Translations under genes and position numbers: made by a program
Shown here: positions 20,326 through 30,901 of the stretch, piece after piece
Layout: each line of letters opens with the position of its first letter
How positions within the stretch are numbered: position 1 is the stretch's first letter
The notes under the pieces: generated by a model
The model's database searches: none
Seen by the model: only the letters and a program-made list of their open reading frames with translations
Told to the model about the DNA's origin: nothing
Assembly: GCA_037134875.1 (NCBI GenBank)
Contig: JBAXLH010000001.1
Coordinates: 5,322 to 69,321, forward strand
Reading direction: 5' to 3'
Source of the DNA: a bacterium
GTDB lineage: Bacteria; Patescibacteriota; Minisyncoccia; Phycocordibacterales; DATDWN01
Length of the DNA stretch: 64,000 nucleotides

Positions 20326-21192
20326 ATGAACATATTCAAAAAAATAGGTGCCTCCGTGTATAATCCAGATTTTTATAGTGATATAAAAAATCAAACAACA
20401 GGACAAGCGGTGAAATATTTTTTCAAACTATCACTTCTCATTTCACTCGCTCTGACTATTATTTTTTCTGCCATAGCGATTCCAGCTATTCACGTATTCA
20501 CATCAGACGCAAATCTGACTCAAATAATTTCCCTCTTCCCTGCCGACCTTACTGTGACGATCAAAAATGGTGAATTCAGCACAAATGTTCCAAACCCATA
20601 TATGATTCCAATTCCCGGAGTAGTCGCCTCATCAACAGCCACCCAAAAAGCAGATCAAATCCAAAATCTTCTCGTCATCAACACTGATATCAAAGATATT
20701 CCAACAAATGTCCTGACCGAAAACAAAACAATTGCATTTATGACAAAAAATGCGCTGGTGATGAATAAAAATGGAACATTGCAAGTCACAACGCTCGACA
20801 AATTCCAAAGTGTAAATATGAGTATCAATCAGCAAACCATTCATACATTTGTTTACAAGATTTTGCCATACATAAAAATGTTTTCTTGGTTTCTCCCTCT
20901 ACCAATCTTCATTGTTCTCTTTGTTATGTACGCAATAAAACTCCTTAGTTTCTTTGTTTCTGCTCTTGTAATTTGGTTCATTCTCTCTATCAAAAAAATG
21001 GACAGAGGATATATGTATGCATTCCGTATGACTATTTATGCACAAACTCTCGCTATCCTCCTGTCACTTGTCTATGGAGGACTCGGCAATTGGCTGATCT
21101 CACTTCTCATTACAGTTGTTGTTGTACTCCTCAACATGAAAGATTCAAACAAAGTTGAAACTCCAGTTGTTATTCCACCTCAGACACATTAA
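20326..21192 (+). CDS. DUF1189-like membrane protein
   Basis: One N-terminal TM, extracytoplasmic domain, several C-terminal TMs. Confidence 0.6.
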   Translation: MNIFKKIGASVYNPDFYSDIKNQTTGQAVKYFFKLSLLISLALTIIFSAIAIPAIHVFTSDANLTQIISLFPADLTVTIKNGEFSTNVPNPYMIPIPGVVASSTATQKADQIQNLLVINTDIKDIPTNVLTENKTIAFMTKNALVMNKNGTLQVTTLDKFQSVNMSINQQTIHTFVYKILPYIKMFSWFLPLPIFIVLFVMYAIKLLSFFVSALVIWFILSIKKMDRGYMYAFRMTIYAQTLAILLSLVYGGLGNWLISLLITVVVVLLNMKDSNKVETPVVIPPQTH

Positions 21193-21219
21193 ACACAAAA
21201 AATAGAGCCCGACCTAAAT

Positions 21220-21642
21220 CTAGGTTGGGCTCTTCATCATAATAACTAAATCAGGAACTAGAAAATTTTCAAAATCGATCCGCGAACCATGATGGAATGC
21301 GAAACCAATGAGAAGCCGGTCATCCCAAATAGTACCGACTCGCAGAGCACCTTTGAGTCGGTGGACTGGCCACCCCTTTTTTGAAATGAATTCACAAAAA
21401 GTAATTGGGTCAGCAAACATATAACCCAATCTCTCAAGGTCAGACAAGATTGCCATCCAGTGATGAACAGCAATGACCTCAATTGGTCCGTGTCCTCTGA
21501 TCACAATATGAGATGCCTCATGACTTGCAACCCACGGATGATTACAAACTTCTCCAGCAACTTCTGAAAGTCTAGAATCTTTAGTGCTTATAATGATTGG
21601 CTTACGAAACTCAATCGGCTCGACAAGCCTGATTTCTTCCAT
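21220..21642 (-). CDS. Hypothetical protein
   Basis: 140 aa ORF with GGAGG SD upstream. Confidence 0.55.
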   Translation of the reverse strand: MEEIRLVEPIEFRKPIIISTKDSRLSEVAGEVCNHPWVASHEASHIVIRGHGPIEVIAVHHWMAILSDLERLGYMFADPITFCEFISKKGWPVHRLKGALRVGTIWDDRLLIGFAFHHGSRIDFENFLVPDLVIMMKSPT

Positions 21643-21721
21643 AGCTGTGAACCTCCGTGGTACATTAAATCAGAAAATCACACTTTCCACAAACAAAGAA
21701 AAAGATCTTCGTGAGAAGACC

Positions 21722-22168
21722 TTATGGATGAAATGGGTTGAATGCGCTTTTCTTCAAATTTTGAATCGGCAGAAAGAGTGGTTCGGGGAGATGTTCCCAC
21801 TCAAACCATTCCCACCCTTCACATTTGTCGGGCTCCTTGACCATCGGTTCGCCACCAGTGTAATAATAAGCCTGTACAAAAATAGTTATGTAATGCTTGC
21901 CTTCAGCGACAAACATATCATTGGTAAAAGTGCTTCTGCCAATACAAACCAACCGAAGACCTGTCTCCTCGGCGAGCTCGCGCCGAGCACAATCCTCGAT
22001 GGTTTCAAAGAATTCGAGGTGTCCGCCCGGAAAAGACCATGTACCTTCCCCATGCGAACCTTTTCTCTTGCCGAGAAGAACTTTATTATCTCGTATAACA
22101 ATAACGCCGACTCCAACCCTGGGTCTCTTGGGTTCGGCTGTTTGAGGTTCTACTCCGCTGACGCTCAT
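21722..22168 (-). CDS. Nudix hydrolase (NUDT15/MutT-like)
   Basis: RPRVGVGV, GGHLEFFETIEDCARRELAEETG Nudix box, EPDKCEGWEWF. Confidence 0.9.
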   Translation of the reverse strand: MSVSGVEPQTAEPKRPRVGVGVIVIRDNKVLLGKRKGSHGEGTWSFPGGHLEFFETIEDCARRELAEETGLRLVCIGRSTFTNDMFVAEGKHYITIFVQAYYYTGGEPMVKEPDKCEGWEWFEWEHLPEPLFLPIQNLKKSAFNPFHP

Positions 22169-22282
22169 TCCTCTGAGAAAATATCATAGGTGAAAGAATA
22201 TGTAAATGAGTTTAAAAACTTTTTTAAAAAAATCCACCCACCACCGAATTTTGTTGCTCGATGTGGGCGGTTATTAGACAAA

Positions 22283-22639
22283 CTACAGAATAATTTCTCC
22301 CGCAAGTCCATCATAATTATGAGGGTTGGTGCCGAGATCTTGTTTCTTCTCGACAGTATTAAATTCTTTTGCAGCATGCAAGCCGGAAATTTTGCCATGA
22401 CGAGCCAAAATGTCGACCACCTTCTGCAACTCTTCATTAGTCACAAGACCAGGGAGATTCGCGAGATGTTCGTGCATACATACATCAATATGATAATTAC
22501 CGCGGACTCCACAGCGGATAAGAATTTCCTTTCGACCGAACCCAGGTAGCATGACCCAGTTTTCAGCGAGTTGGTCAGCAGTAACCCCGCGAAGATTAAT
22601 TGTCTCCGGGAGATCATTCGTCTCTGGTTTTTCCCACAT
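22283..22639 (-). CDS. Hypothetical protein
   Basis: 118 aa; AGGAG SD and TTGACA upstream. Confidence 0.55.
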   Translation of the reverse strand: MWEKPETNDLPETINLRGVTADQLAENWVMLPGFGRKEILIRCGVRGNYHIDVCMHEHLANLPGLVTNEELQKVVDILARHGKISGLHAAKEFNTVEKKQDLGTNPHNYDGLAGEIIL

Positions 22640-22688
22640 AATTGTCTCCTATATATGATATTAAACAAATATCATTACTTGTCAAGTG

Positions 22689-22887
22689 TGACCCTACGCG
22701 GAATCACGATTACGTTTTCGGTCAGGAATAATTTTATCGCCATCGCTCAAAAATTTTCCCTACCCGGACTCGCGACCAGTCATGCTCGACTGGTACCCGC
22801 TCCGTCTTTCGATTCCGCATGAAATTGCATACTATGCAATTTCTGTAGGGTCATGCAAAAATCGCCACAAGGGCGATTTTGCTGACA
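22689..22887. repeat. tRNA-Glu 3'-linked repeat module
   Basis: 17-bp direct copy TGACCCTACGCGGAATC (22689-22705 = 22888-22904); inverted tRNA 3'-end copy at ~22808-22853 interrupted by a hairpin. Confidence 0.75.
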
Positions 22888-22959
22888 TGACCCTACGCGG
22901 AATCGAACCGCGCTTCTAGCCTTGAGAAGGCTATGTCCTAGCCGATAGACGATAGGGCC
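22888..22959 (-). tRNA. tRNA-Glu(CTC)
   Basis: Cloverleaf GGCCCTA..TAGGGTC-A; anticodon stem TAGCC/GGCTA with loop TTCTCAA; GGTTCGATTCC T-arm. Confidence 0.92.
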
Positions 22960-23057
22960 AATAAAAACAAAACTATGCACTGAAATAATATAACATTTTT
23001 TATTAAAAAATCAAAAACCGTCACGACGAGGTGGCGGAGTTGAAAAATTGTTTGTTT

Positions 23058-23510
23058 CTATTTATTCAAAAAACAGAGTTGATGGGTAACATCTCCTCTG
23101 CTCGAAAACTTGTTTCTAAAAAGATCAATAGAGTAAACTGTCACTCTATTATTTATCACAAGACACCCGAGAGTCTTGCGACTCATGATTTTATATGCAA
23201 ACAGTGTTTCCACGTTGCAAATATTTGGGTGCTGATCGATGAGATAGAGAACCTCTTCGATAGTGAGACCTTTTCCTTCCATCTCACCTCTCTGCAAAGT
23301 ATATCTGAGTCCTTTTGTTGACTCATATTTGTGCACCGCGAAACTTTCACCACATCTCACGGCCGAGAGTTCGATTTCATTGGTTTCCATCATACTCTTG
23401 AAGAAAGAAACTTTGCCTTTGCTCTTCTCCAAGTTATTACAATCTATTTTATATATTTCCTGACAAAAAGCAGGAAAACAAAAGAAAATAAGAAAAATGA
23501 TTGGTTTCAT
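23058..23510 (-). CDS. Hypothetical secreted protein
   Basis: Signal-peptide-like MKPIIFLIFFCFPAFC. Confidence 0.5.
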   Translation of the reverse strand: MKPIIFLIFFCFPAFCQEIYKIDCNNLEKSKGKVSFFKSMMETNEIELSAVRCGESFAVHKYESTKGLRYTLQRGEMEGKGLTIEEVLYLIDQHPNICNVETLFAYKIMSRKTLGCLVINNRVTVYSIDLFRNKFSSRGDVTHQLCFLNK

Positions 23511-23590
23511 TTTTTCGTCTCTGCAAAAACAGTACCACACTATTTAGTTTTTTACTAGTCACGGAGAAAATGTTCTGATCTTTATAAGAT

Positions 23591-23920
23591 CTAACTTTTT
23601 TTTGCCATTATTTCGTCTCGTATAGTTTGCACTTGCCCCTCTGTCGGCATAGGTGGCTTTTTATCTCTCATTGATATTGCTCTTACTTTTTCATACACAG
23701 CTACTGCAACATCTGTGTTATTTCCCAAAAATGCGATATGAATATTTTCCTCACTACCATCTTTATTCTCTTTGATAAGATACATTGCGTATGGATCATT
23801 TGGTTCTTTCCTATCAATTCTCAAAGAAGCTTTGATTGATTCTCCACCTGGAGTGAGATATTCTCTAGCCTCACTCGTGATAGCTCTGTCACCTGTGTCA
23901 ATTTGTTCTTCAAATCCCAT
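23591..23920 (-). CDS. Hypothetical protein
   Basis: 109 aa ORF following murF. Confidence 0.55.
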   Translation of the reverse strand: MGFEEQIDTGDRAITSEAREYLTPGGESIKASLRIDRKEPNDPYAMYLIKENKDGSEENIHIAFLGNNTDVAVAVYEKVRAISMRDKKPPMPTEGQVQTIRDEIMAKKS

Positions 23921-23961
23921 ATAATTTTTATATTAATTTTATAATTTAAAATTTTAACACA

Positions 23962-25263
23962 TTACTCTCTTTCGAGCCATTCTGGCTCCTGTCTCACAAG
24001 TAGTTTTGTTTTGTCTTCTGGGTGTCGCATTATTTCCTCCACTACCCGCTCTAGACGCATTGCTTGTGAGCCTTTGACGAGCACCGTATCCCCTTCCTCG
24101 ACGAAATTTTGTAAGTCTTTTCCGGCTTGGGTGGCAGTATCAAAGCATCGAATGTTTGCCGAGTCATACCCAAGAGTCAAAAGCTCGTTGGATGTTATAT
24201 ACGCCCTGATGCCAACACAATACACAATCCCCGCAACATCCTTTATGAGTCCAGCAATTTTCTTGTGTTCGTCAGCAGAAAATTTTCCGAGCTCGAGCAT
24301 ATCGCCGAGCACAACAATTTTCCTTTTTCGAGAATCAATCCGAGAAAAAACATTCATTGCCTCTGCAAATGATGCAGGAGATGAATTGTATGAATCGTCA
24401 ATCACCAGTGCATTTTTTATTCCCGCAACAATATTCATTCTGCCCGGCAGAGATCTAAATTGGTTGAGAGATGAGATAATATCAAAATGAGATATACCAA
24501 ATCGCTGTGCTACTGCATACGCCATGAGACATGCATATTCATTGTGAATACCGAGAGATCCAAAAATAGTAACTGAAGATTTTTCTCCTTGTGAGGATAT
24601 TTCAAATAACATACCTGTTGGATGTTGACCTGATTTTTCATTACTATATAGTATGCGAAATTCTGAACCACTGACATCTATTCCTCCACCGACTCCACAG
24701 GAAATTTGTTTTATTTCTGTCTCCTTTGCGAGTACAGAAGAATGAATATCGTCTGCATTGAACACCACAAAACCATCACGTGCTACCGCACTGGCCAAAT
24801 ATCTTTTTTCATCGAGAAAATGTGAGATGTTTTGAAAGAATTCAATATGTGAAGGTGCTTCGCCAATTGCTGTAATAACAAGAATATCAATCTTGAGCCA
24901 CGAACTCACACCACGCAGATCTCCTGGCTTGTCACCATCCATTTCTAAAATAAGCCAGCTTGGATAATTATGTTTGAAAAGCAAAAGTTTGAAACCAAAA
25001 AAAATATTCTGAATCCATTGTACAAACGAGCCAGTACCAATCGGGCACCCTAAAATAGTGAGTGGTACACCAAGCTCGGTTGTAAAACTCTTTTCACTTT
25101 TTCGTACGAAAAATTTCCGCGACAACACAAGATACAGAGCCTCTTTTGTTGTCGTCTTACCAACACTACCCGTAATGGCAATTATTTTTGGTTTGTATTT
25201 TCGGAGTACAAGTCTGGCCTCATACTGAAAAATCTTTTTTGCGAGCTGTTTGAGAATATCCAT
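23962..25263 (-). CDS. murF: UDP-N-acetylmuramoyl-tripeptide--D-Ala-D-Ala ligase
   Basis: ITGSVGKTTTKE, IDDSYNSSP, LGDMLELG, VLVKGSQ. Confidence 0.9.
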   Translation of the reverse strand: MDILKQLAKKIFQYEARLVLRKYKPKIIAITGSVGKTTTKEALYLVLSRKFFVRKSEKSFTTELGVPLTILGCPIGTGSFVQWIQNIFFGFKLLLFKHNYPSWLILEMDGDKPGDLRGVSSWLKIDILVITAIGEAPSHIEFFQNISHFLDEKRYLASAVARDGFVVFNADDIHSSVLAKETEIKQISCGVGGGIDVSGSEFRILYSNEKSGQHPTGMLFEISSQGEKSSVTIFGSLGIHNEYACLMAYAVAQRFGISHFDIISSLNQFRSLPGRMNIVAGIKNALVIDDSYNSSPASFAEAMNVFSRIDSRKRKIVVLGDMLELGKFSADEHKKIAGLIKDVAGIVYCVGIRAYITSNELLTLGYDSANIRCFDTATQAGKDLQNFVEEGDTVLVKGSQAMRLERVVEEIMRHPEDKTKLLVRQEPEWLERE

Positions 25264-25280
25264 AGGTTTTTCTGTTATAG

Positions 25281-26984
25281 TTATCTGTCCGGAGGTACTT
25301 CATAATAGTTTATCAAAAATTTCACGATATTCATAAACGGTTCTGTCAGTGTTTCCGATCCATACTGAACCCCTCTCGGCTTGAGTGTGTACAAAAATAT
25401 GAAAAACTGTGGTTTGTATGCTGGGAAGAAGCCAACAAATGAATGTAGAAAATCCGTATCACTATATCCCCCTCCGCCAGGTATTGCAATCTGTGCAGTA
25501 CCGGTCTTGGCAGCAACACTAAAGTTTGGAATTTTCATTTTTCCACCAGCAAGGACATTGTCCACACTATACACCATCATTCGAGCCACCTCTTTGGCAG
25601 TTGATTCCTTGACCACTTGTCGCACCTGTTCCACTGGAATTGTTTTTGAAAATCCAAGTTTGTAATTGATCTGTTTGACGAGATGTGGTCGCACCATCAT
25701 TCCACCGTTGGCTAGTGATGAGAGAACTCGCACGGTATTGATCGGAGTGAGAGAAATTCCTTGACCGAATGACGCAGTGACGTGTTCTAGATCTCTTGAA
25801 CTGTTTAGGTTGCTTACCAAGTTTCTACCTTCATTTGGCAAATCAATGCCGGTTTTTTCTCCCACGCCAAAATTATACATATAGTCAGTAAATCTCTTGT
25901 TTCCGAGAAGTTGCACCACACGAGCCACACCGAGGTTGAGCGATTGTGAAAGAACCTGTTGCATATCAGTAATTCCACGAGCTTTACCATCAAAGTTTGA
26001 TACTTTTTTTCCATTTATTGTGATTGTACCGGTGTCATTATATGTAGACGTAGCAGAAATAACTCCTGTATCAATACCCGCCGCAATAGTCAGTGGTTTT
26101 ATAATAGAACCCATTTCATACATATTTTCGACGAGTGGATTCGAAAAAATTGCCACGTTTTGTGCATCTTGTTTGTTTGGATCAAATGTCGGCTCTACAC
26201 CCATCGCATAAATTTCCCCTGTTGTCGGATTTATAATAATCCCACCCGTTGTTTCCGAACTCCATTTTTCGCTCGTACTTGCGAGTTGTTCCTCCAAAAA
26301 ATACTGTACCGCCGGCTCGATCGTCGTCACAATATCACCTTCATTTTGTGTACTTGTAGCTGTAACAGATTTTATACTAGAAAATATCTGCGCAAAAAAA
26401 TTGATGTACGCATCATCACCACGCGCCAAAATATCCTCGTACTGTCGTTCGAGTCCATACCTGCCGGCGTATTCATCACCTTTGTAACCGAGCTTGCCGA
26501 TGGTTTGACTGGCCATTGGTCCACCTGGGTAAAATCTCCATCTCTCTTTGAGAACGAGAAGTCCGGCAATTTTGAGACTGCTGATTTGTTGACCGAGATC
26601 TGTATCCACACGCTTTGCGATTTCCTCGTACGAGTCATTTGGTTTTGTCGCCTTTGCAATAAAATCATCGTGATTTGTCGGCAACATCCCATTGAGTTTG
26701 AGATAATCTCCCTCTGCATCTTTTATTTGCATCGGATTGACAGCTATCGTAAATCCAGACTTGAGAGTAGCCGCTGATACCAAACTCCCATCACGATTTT
26801 GGAAAAAAATAGTACCACGCGAAAAGAGATTACTGTTTACAGCAGTGTATCTCCGATCAGCTTTGTCTAAATATGTTCCATTTTCTACAACTTGGAGAAC
26901 ATAGAGTCGTCCAACAAGAAAAAGTGCAAACAAAAAAATAGAAATAGAAATAAATCGTATTCGCGATCCAAAAAGAGAGTTCAT
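25281..26984 (-). CDS. ftsI: Class B penicillin-binding protein (FtsI-like)
   Basis: GLERQYE, SIIK (SxxK), SLN (SxN), KTGTAQ; dcw cluster position. Confidence 0.8.
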   Translation of the reverse strand: MNSLFGSRIRFISISIFLFALFLVGRLYVLQVVENGTYLDKADRRYTAVNSNLFSRGTIFFQNRDGSLVSAATLKSGFTIAVNPMQIKDAEGDYLKLNGMLPTNHDDFIAKATKPNDSYEEIAKRVDTDLGQQISSLKIAGLLVLKERWRFYPGGPMASQTIGKLGYKGDEYAGRYGLERQYEDILARGDDAYINFFAQIFSSIKSVTATSTQNEGDIVTTIEPAVQYFLEEQLASTSEKWSSETTGGIIINPTTGEIYAMGVEPTFDPNKQDAQNVAIFSNPLVENMYEMGSIIKPLTIAAGIDTGVISATSTYNDTGTITINGKKVSNFDGKARGITDMQQVLSQSLNLGVARVVQLLGNKRFTDYMYNFGVGEKTGIDLPNEGRNLVSNLNSSRDLEHVTASFGQGISLTPINTVRVLSSLANGGMMVRPHLVKQINYKLGFSKTIPVEQVRQVVKESTAKEVARMMVYSVDNVLAGGKMKIPNFSVAAKTGTAQIAIPGGGGYSDTDFLHSFVGFFPAYKPQFFIFLYTLKPRGVQYGSETLTEPFMNIVKFLINYYEVPPDR

Positions 26985-27025
26985 CTACAAAATAATAACT
27001 CCAAAAAAGCTTTTAATCAATCACA

Positions 27026-27334
27026 CTATCGTGCAAACGAAACATAATTCTGAGATTTTTTTGAAATATATGTTTTGTCAGTAACATCTTTGAAACCCAT
27101 CGCGTATGCAAGTTGCATTGAAACCGAATTTCGTTTTGAAATGTATGAAAATTCCTTGTTGCTGATATCGAGTGAGATTTTTGAAATTTCACTTTCCAGA
27201 TTTTCTCTCTGTACCACGTTTCGCACAGTCACATTTATCGAGTATGTATAAAAAGCAAAACATAACAGCAAAATTCCGGTCAGTGTCCAAAATATTGTCT
27301 TTTCTCTATTTAAATCAAGTATTTTTTCTGTCAT
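27026..27334 (-). CDS. FtsL-like cell division protein
   Basis: Single TM plus short coiled coil, between rsmH and the PBP gene. Confidence 0.6.
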   Translation of the reverse strand: MTEKILDLNREKTIFWTLTGILLLCFAFYTYSINVTVRNVVQRENLESEISKISLDISNKEFSYISKRNSVSMQLAYAMGFKDVTDKTYISKKSQNYVSFAR

Positions 27335-27360
27335 GTTTTTGATTGTTATCTAATAATTTT

Positions 27361-28254
27361 TTAATTTTTTTCCACAATACGTAGTTTTGCAGATCGTGAA
27401 CGTGGATTTGTTTGTATTTCCTCTTCGCTCGCAATAATCGGCTTTTTGTTCACGCGTTTGCCGAGTCCATCGTCCTCAATTTTCCTGAAATAATCTTTGA
27501 CAATTCTGTCCTCGAGGCTGTGAAATGAAATGACTGCAATCCTGCCTTTGCCTGCGAGTCTCACAAAACTTTTTCGCAAACCTTCTTTCAAATTTTCAAT
27601 TTCATCATTGACTGTGATACGGAGAGCTTGGAATGTTTTTGTTGCTGGATGAATTTTGCGATGATGATAAAACTTTGGTGTTGCAGAGAGAATAATGTCT
27701 ACCAGTTCTGCTGTCGTTTCAATGGACTTCATCTGTCTGTATCTCACAATTCCCTTTGCAATCCGGTAGGCAAACTGCTCCTCGCCATACCCTTCCAAAA
27801 TCGCTCTGATATTTTCCTCATCCCACGTATTTACAATTTCTCGCGCAGTCAGATCATTTTCTGTCAGGTCCTTTTTGAAAGACATAATCAGTGGTTCATC
27901 TTTTTGAAACGAGAATCCCCTACCCGACTCTTCAAACTGATTTGACGAGAGTCCAATATCCAGCAAAATTTTGTTGACTTTTTCCACACCCAGAGAATCC
28001 AGCGCAGTATCAATATTTCGGAAATTATTCTGACTGTACTTCACGTTACAACCAAAATGTGAAAGTCTCTCCTGTGACCGCGCAAGTGCATCCGGGTCGA
28101 GATCAATACCGATCATAGCTACGGTATTGCCAAACCTTTTGCACACTTCCTCTGTATGTCCGCCATTGCCGAGTGTCCCATCAACAAAAATTTCTCCGCT
28201 GTGTATATCAAGTCCGTCTATTGCTTCTTGTAAAAGAACTGTTTTGTGGATCAT
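27361..28254 (-). CDS. rsmH: 16S rRNA m4C1402 methyltransferase
   Basis: HKTVLL, DGTLGNGGH, HPATKTFQALRI, ISFHSLEDRIVK, NPRSRSAKLR. Confidence 0.95.
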   Translation of the reverse strand: MIHKTVLLQEAIDGLDIHSGEIFVDGTLGNGGHTEEVCKRFGNTVAMIGIDLDPDALARSQERLSHFGCNVKYSQNNFRNIDTALDSLGVEKVNKILLDIGLSSNQFEESGRGFSFQKDEPLIMSFKKDLTENDLTAREIVNTWDEENIRAILEGYGEEQFAYRIAKGIVRYRQMKSIETTAELVDIILSATPKFYHHRKIHPATKTFQALRITVNDEIENLKEGLRKSFVRLAGKGRIAVISFHSLEDRIVKDYFRKIEDDGLGKRVNKKPIIASEEEIQTNPRSRSAKLRIVEKN

Positions 28255-28372
28255 GTGTTTTTGAAGAATTTTTGAAAATTTCACCAGAAATTTATCCGTA
28301 CTCCAAAAAAGATATGCCAAGAAAGAATTTTAAGAAAAACGGCGATAAAGAAATTGTTTGAAATTTTTCTAT

Positions 28373-28807
28373 TTATAAAACCCCCACTTGACCCAACTTT
28401 TCAGCAAGTGTGTCGGCTTGCTTCTCCACAACTTTCTTGTACTCACTCCACGTCTTCTCGTTCCAGATTTCAACTCGTGATGACACACCAATCACAACAA
28501 CTTTGTTCTTGAGATTGGCGCGATCGCGAAGAAAATCAGGGATGAGTATTCGACCAATTGAATCAATGTCTGCTTCGATAGCACCGGCAAACATAAATCG
28601 ATTGAAACTTCGGTTGTCAGCAGTGAGGAGCGATGACTGGTTGAGCTTGCCTTCTATTTCTTTCCATTCTTTGAGTGTGAAAACCCAGAGACATTGATCG
28701 AGTCCGGGAGTGACGACAACTTTTTTTCCCATCTCTGCGCGAAATTTTGCAGGGAGCGAAACTCTGTTTTTGTCATCAATTGAATGTGTGTATTCGCCAA
28801 TTAACAT
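28373..28807 (-). CDS. mraZ: Transcriptional regulator MraZ
   Basis: DDKNRVSLP and DSIGRILIP repeats. Confidence 0.95.
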   Translation of the reverse strand: MLIGEYTHSIDDKNRVSLPAKFRAEMGKKVVVTPGLDQCLWVFTLKEWKEIEGKLNQSSLLTADNRSFNRFMFAGAIEADIDSIGRILIPDFLRDRANLKNKVVVIGVSSRVEIWNEKTWSEYKKVVEKQADTLAEKLGQVGVL

Positions 28808-28826
28808 ATGAATTGTTGGGAAGAGT

Positions 28827-28957
28827 AGATTAAAATCTTTTTTGATATTGTTTTCTTTTTTGAGGCTTCGCAGGCGGGTAGCCGAGACTTGAGAAATTTG
28901 CCAGCAGGCAAATATTCGTACTCAAAAAAGGAAACAATGAGAAAGAGATTTTAATCT
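28827..28957. repeat. Palindromic dispersed element (core type A)
   Basis: Arms AGATTAAAATCT/AGATTTTAATCT around the type A core; lies in the mraZ leader. Confidence 0.85.
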
Positions 28958-29005
28958 CCCACCCTTTCCCACTTACTATACATTTTATACCACTTCTTCC
29001 CACCG
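28958..29005 (-). promoter_or_regulatory. Putative MraZ-binding boxes
   Basis: GTGG(G) repeats in ~10-bp phase upstream of mraZ (CCAC at about 28959, 28969, 28990, 29000). Confidence 0.6.
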
Positions 29006-29108
29006 TCAAACACACTTATCCACTTTTGCACAGGATACACACCACCAGAAAACATATATTTTGACTAGTAAAATAATCTATTGAAAAATAGTTACAAATA
29101 TGTTTTAA

Positions 29109-29690
29109 TTGTGCCGGAGAACAATCGTGAACATCTACCAAAAGATGGCTGTCATTTTAGGCCTTTCCCTCTTTTTGCCCCTCGCGTGGCAGATTGTTAC
29201 AGGAAAGGTTACTCAAAACCTGGCAACATTTCTTTTGTGGGGAGCACAAGATGCAATTCTTGCCAGTGCTCTCTATACACAAAACGGCAATTGGCAACTC
29301 GCCGCCGCATATATGTGCGGTAGTGTGCTCATTATTATGTGTATTTTGAAATCACGAGTATTTGAATGGACAGATTTTGAAACCTATATGTCTGTCCTGG
29401 TACTTTCGTGTCTTGTTATGTGGAAAATCAATGGTCCGAGCTGGGCAACTGTGATGACCTCTCTCGGAATGTTCTTTGGTGGACTTTCTCAAGTCAAAGA
29501 CTCGTGGAAAGATCCGAGCAAGAGTCCACTCAAAACGTATGTCGGATACACGATTGCAAATATTCTTTCGGTCATCGGAGGAAAGTCGTGGGCAATCGAG
29601 GAACGTTTCTATCCGATGTGTTGTACAATCCTGTGTGCCATGATCGTCGTGGCATCACTGCGAAAAACAAAAACTGCTATTGTGAGCTAG
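29109..29690 (+). CDS. Multi-pass membrane protein, hypothetical
   Basis: 193 aa with about six hydrophobic segments; start uncertain. Confidence 0.65.
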   Translation: MCRRTIVNIYQKMAVILGLSLFLPLAWQIVTGKVTQNLATFLLWGAQDAILASALYTQNGNWQLAAAYMCGSVLIIMCILKSRVFEWTDFETYMSVLVLSCLVMWKINGPSWATVMTSLGMFFGGLSQVKDSWKDPSKSPLKTYVGYTIANILSVIGGKSWAIEERFYPMCCTILCAMIVVASLRKTKTAIVS

Positions 29691-29717
29691 TCTCCGGTAG
29701 TGGTATTTTTTTATATA

Positions 29718-29747
29718 CAAAAACCCGGATCCACTGAGGACCCAGGT
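29718..29747 (-). terminator. Intrinsic terminator ending the array locus
   Basis: Minus strand CCTGGGTCC-TCAGT-GGATCCGGG followed by TTTTT. Confidence 0.6.
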
Positions 29748-29766
29748 GTCTTGGTTGAAAGAACCT

Positions 29767-30893
29767 GAGGACTGAAAGTTTTTATATACTCTTTCGAGAA
29801 CTCTCTTCTATTCAGTCCTCTGCTCGCAATTGCTTCATAGTTCCCTATTGGAACAGTCCGCAAATGCAAGCAAAATGAAGAGGGTAAAATTCCAATTTAG
29901 TTCCAACAAAGGAACAGGATCGACCTATCACCCTCACCACTATCTACAAAATTTTGCACACAGTGATGAGGGGGCGAGATAGCATGACTAAAGTTCTTTC
30001 GAACAAGCCTCCTGTAATCTCGCCCACAGCAGACAGAACCTCTTAATCTCTCACGAGCAAAACACGGATAGTCTGCTGAAATTATATGAAAAGAGCTGTG
30101 CGGATAACCTCATGAAATTCCTTTTGGAAATCCTGGTTGAAATCCGCACTGGCAAACACGTCTGCACAATCTCTTTCGAGAATTCGCTTGGTAGTCTGCC
30201 AAAGTATGATTGCGAGCGGACAGAGCACTTCTATCCCTTTCAGAGGAAAATCGTCTTTAGTCCGCTGTTTGCCTGCAACGTTGATCATAGTCCAAAGACA
30301 ATGCGCTGATAGCAAGCAAAATGGTGAGGGTAAAGCTCGAATATAGTTCCATAAAGGAACAACGAACCAGTATTACCCTCACCACTGTTCACAAAAATTT
30401 GCACACAGTGATGAGGGGGCGAGATAAAAAAAATGTAATTCTTTCGAATAGATCTCCTTTAGTCTCGCCCACAGCAGACAAGAGCAGAAAAGTTCTTTCG
30501 AACAACGCCGCGGGAGTCTGCTGAAATGTATGAAAAGAACAGTGATATGATTGCGAGCGGACATGGCATTACAATCCCTTGTGGGAATCATCTTTCAAGT
30601 CCGCTGTTTGCTTGCAGGCGGTTCTTAGCTAAAAAGCAATTACTGAATAGCAAGCAAAGTGATGAGGGTAGATTCGTTTTTTAGTTCTTTCGAACAATCG
30701 ATTTCGATTACCCTCATTAAAATTTACAATTTTTCAATTACAAACTTTAATGAGTCCCCGAGTGTTTTCACACTCAGGGTATGGGACAATTCACAGAAAG
30801 TTCAAAAGAACTCCTCCAATAAAGTCCCAAAATGTAAAGAACAGGAGTGCAACGTCTATCTAGTTCTTTCGAACACATCATTATAAGCACTCC
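29767..30893 (-). ncRNA. Stem-loop dual-spacer guide array (TIGR-like), 17 units, downstream of the Tas-like gene
   Basis: Units of 5-10-bp stem, ~12-nt variable segment, short hairpin, ~12-nt variable segment, complementary stem, e.g. GGAGTGC-AACGTCTATCTA-GTTCTTTCGAAC-ACATCATTATAA-GCACTCC; minus-strand loops GAAA/GUGA and G-U wobbles give the strand. Confidence 0.8.
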
Positions 30894-30901
30894 GCAAAAA
30901 A

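Noticed and set aside
21220-23920. Prophage or integrated island at tRNA-Glu
   Set aside because: The tRNA 3' duplication spans only ~200 bp and no integrase or phage genes are present
28255-28350. Additional palindromic element between mraZ and rsmH
   Set aside because: Shares AAATTTATCCGT with type B but is too degenerate to delimit
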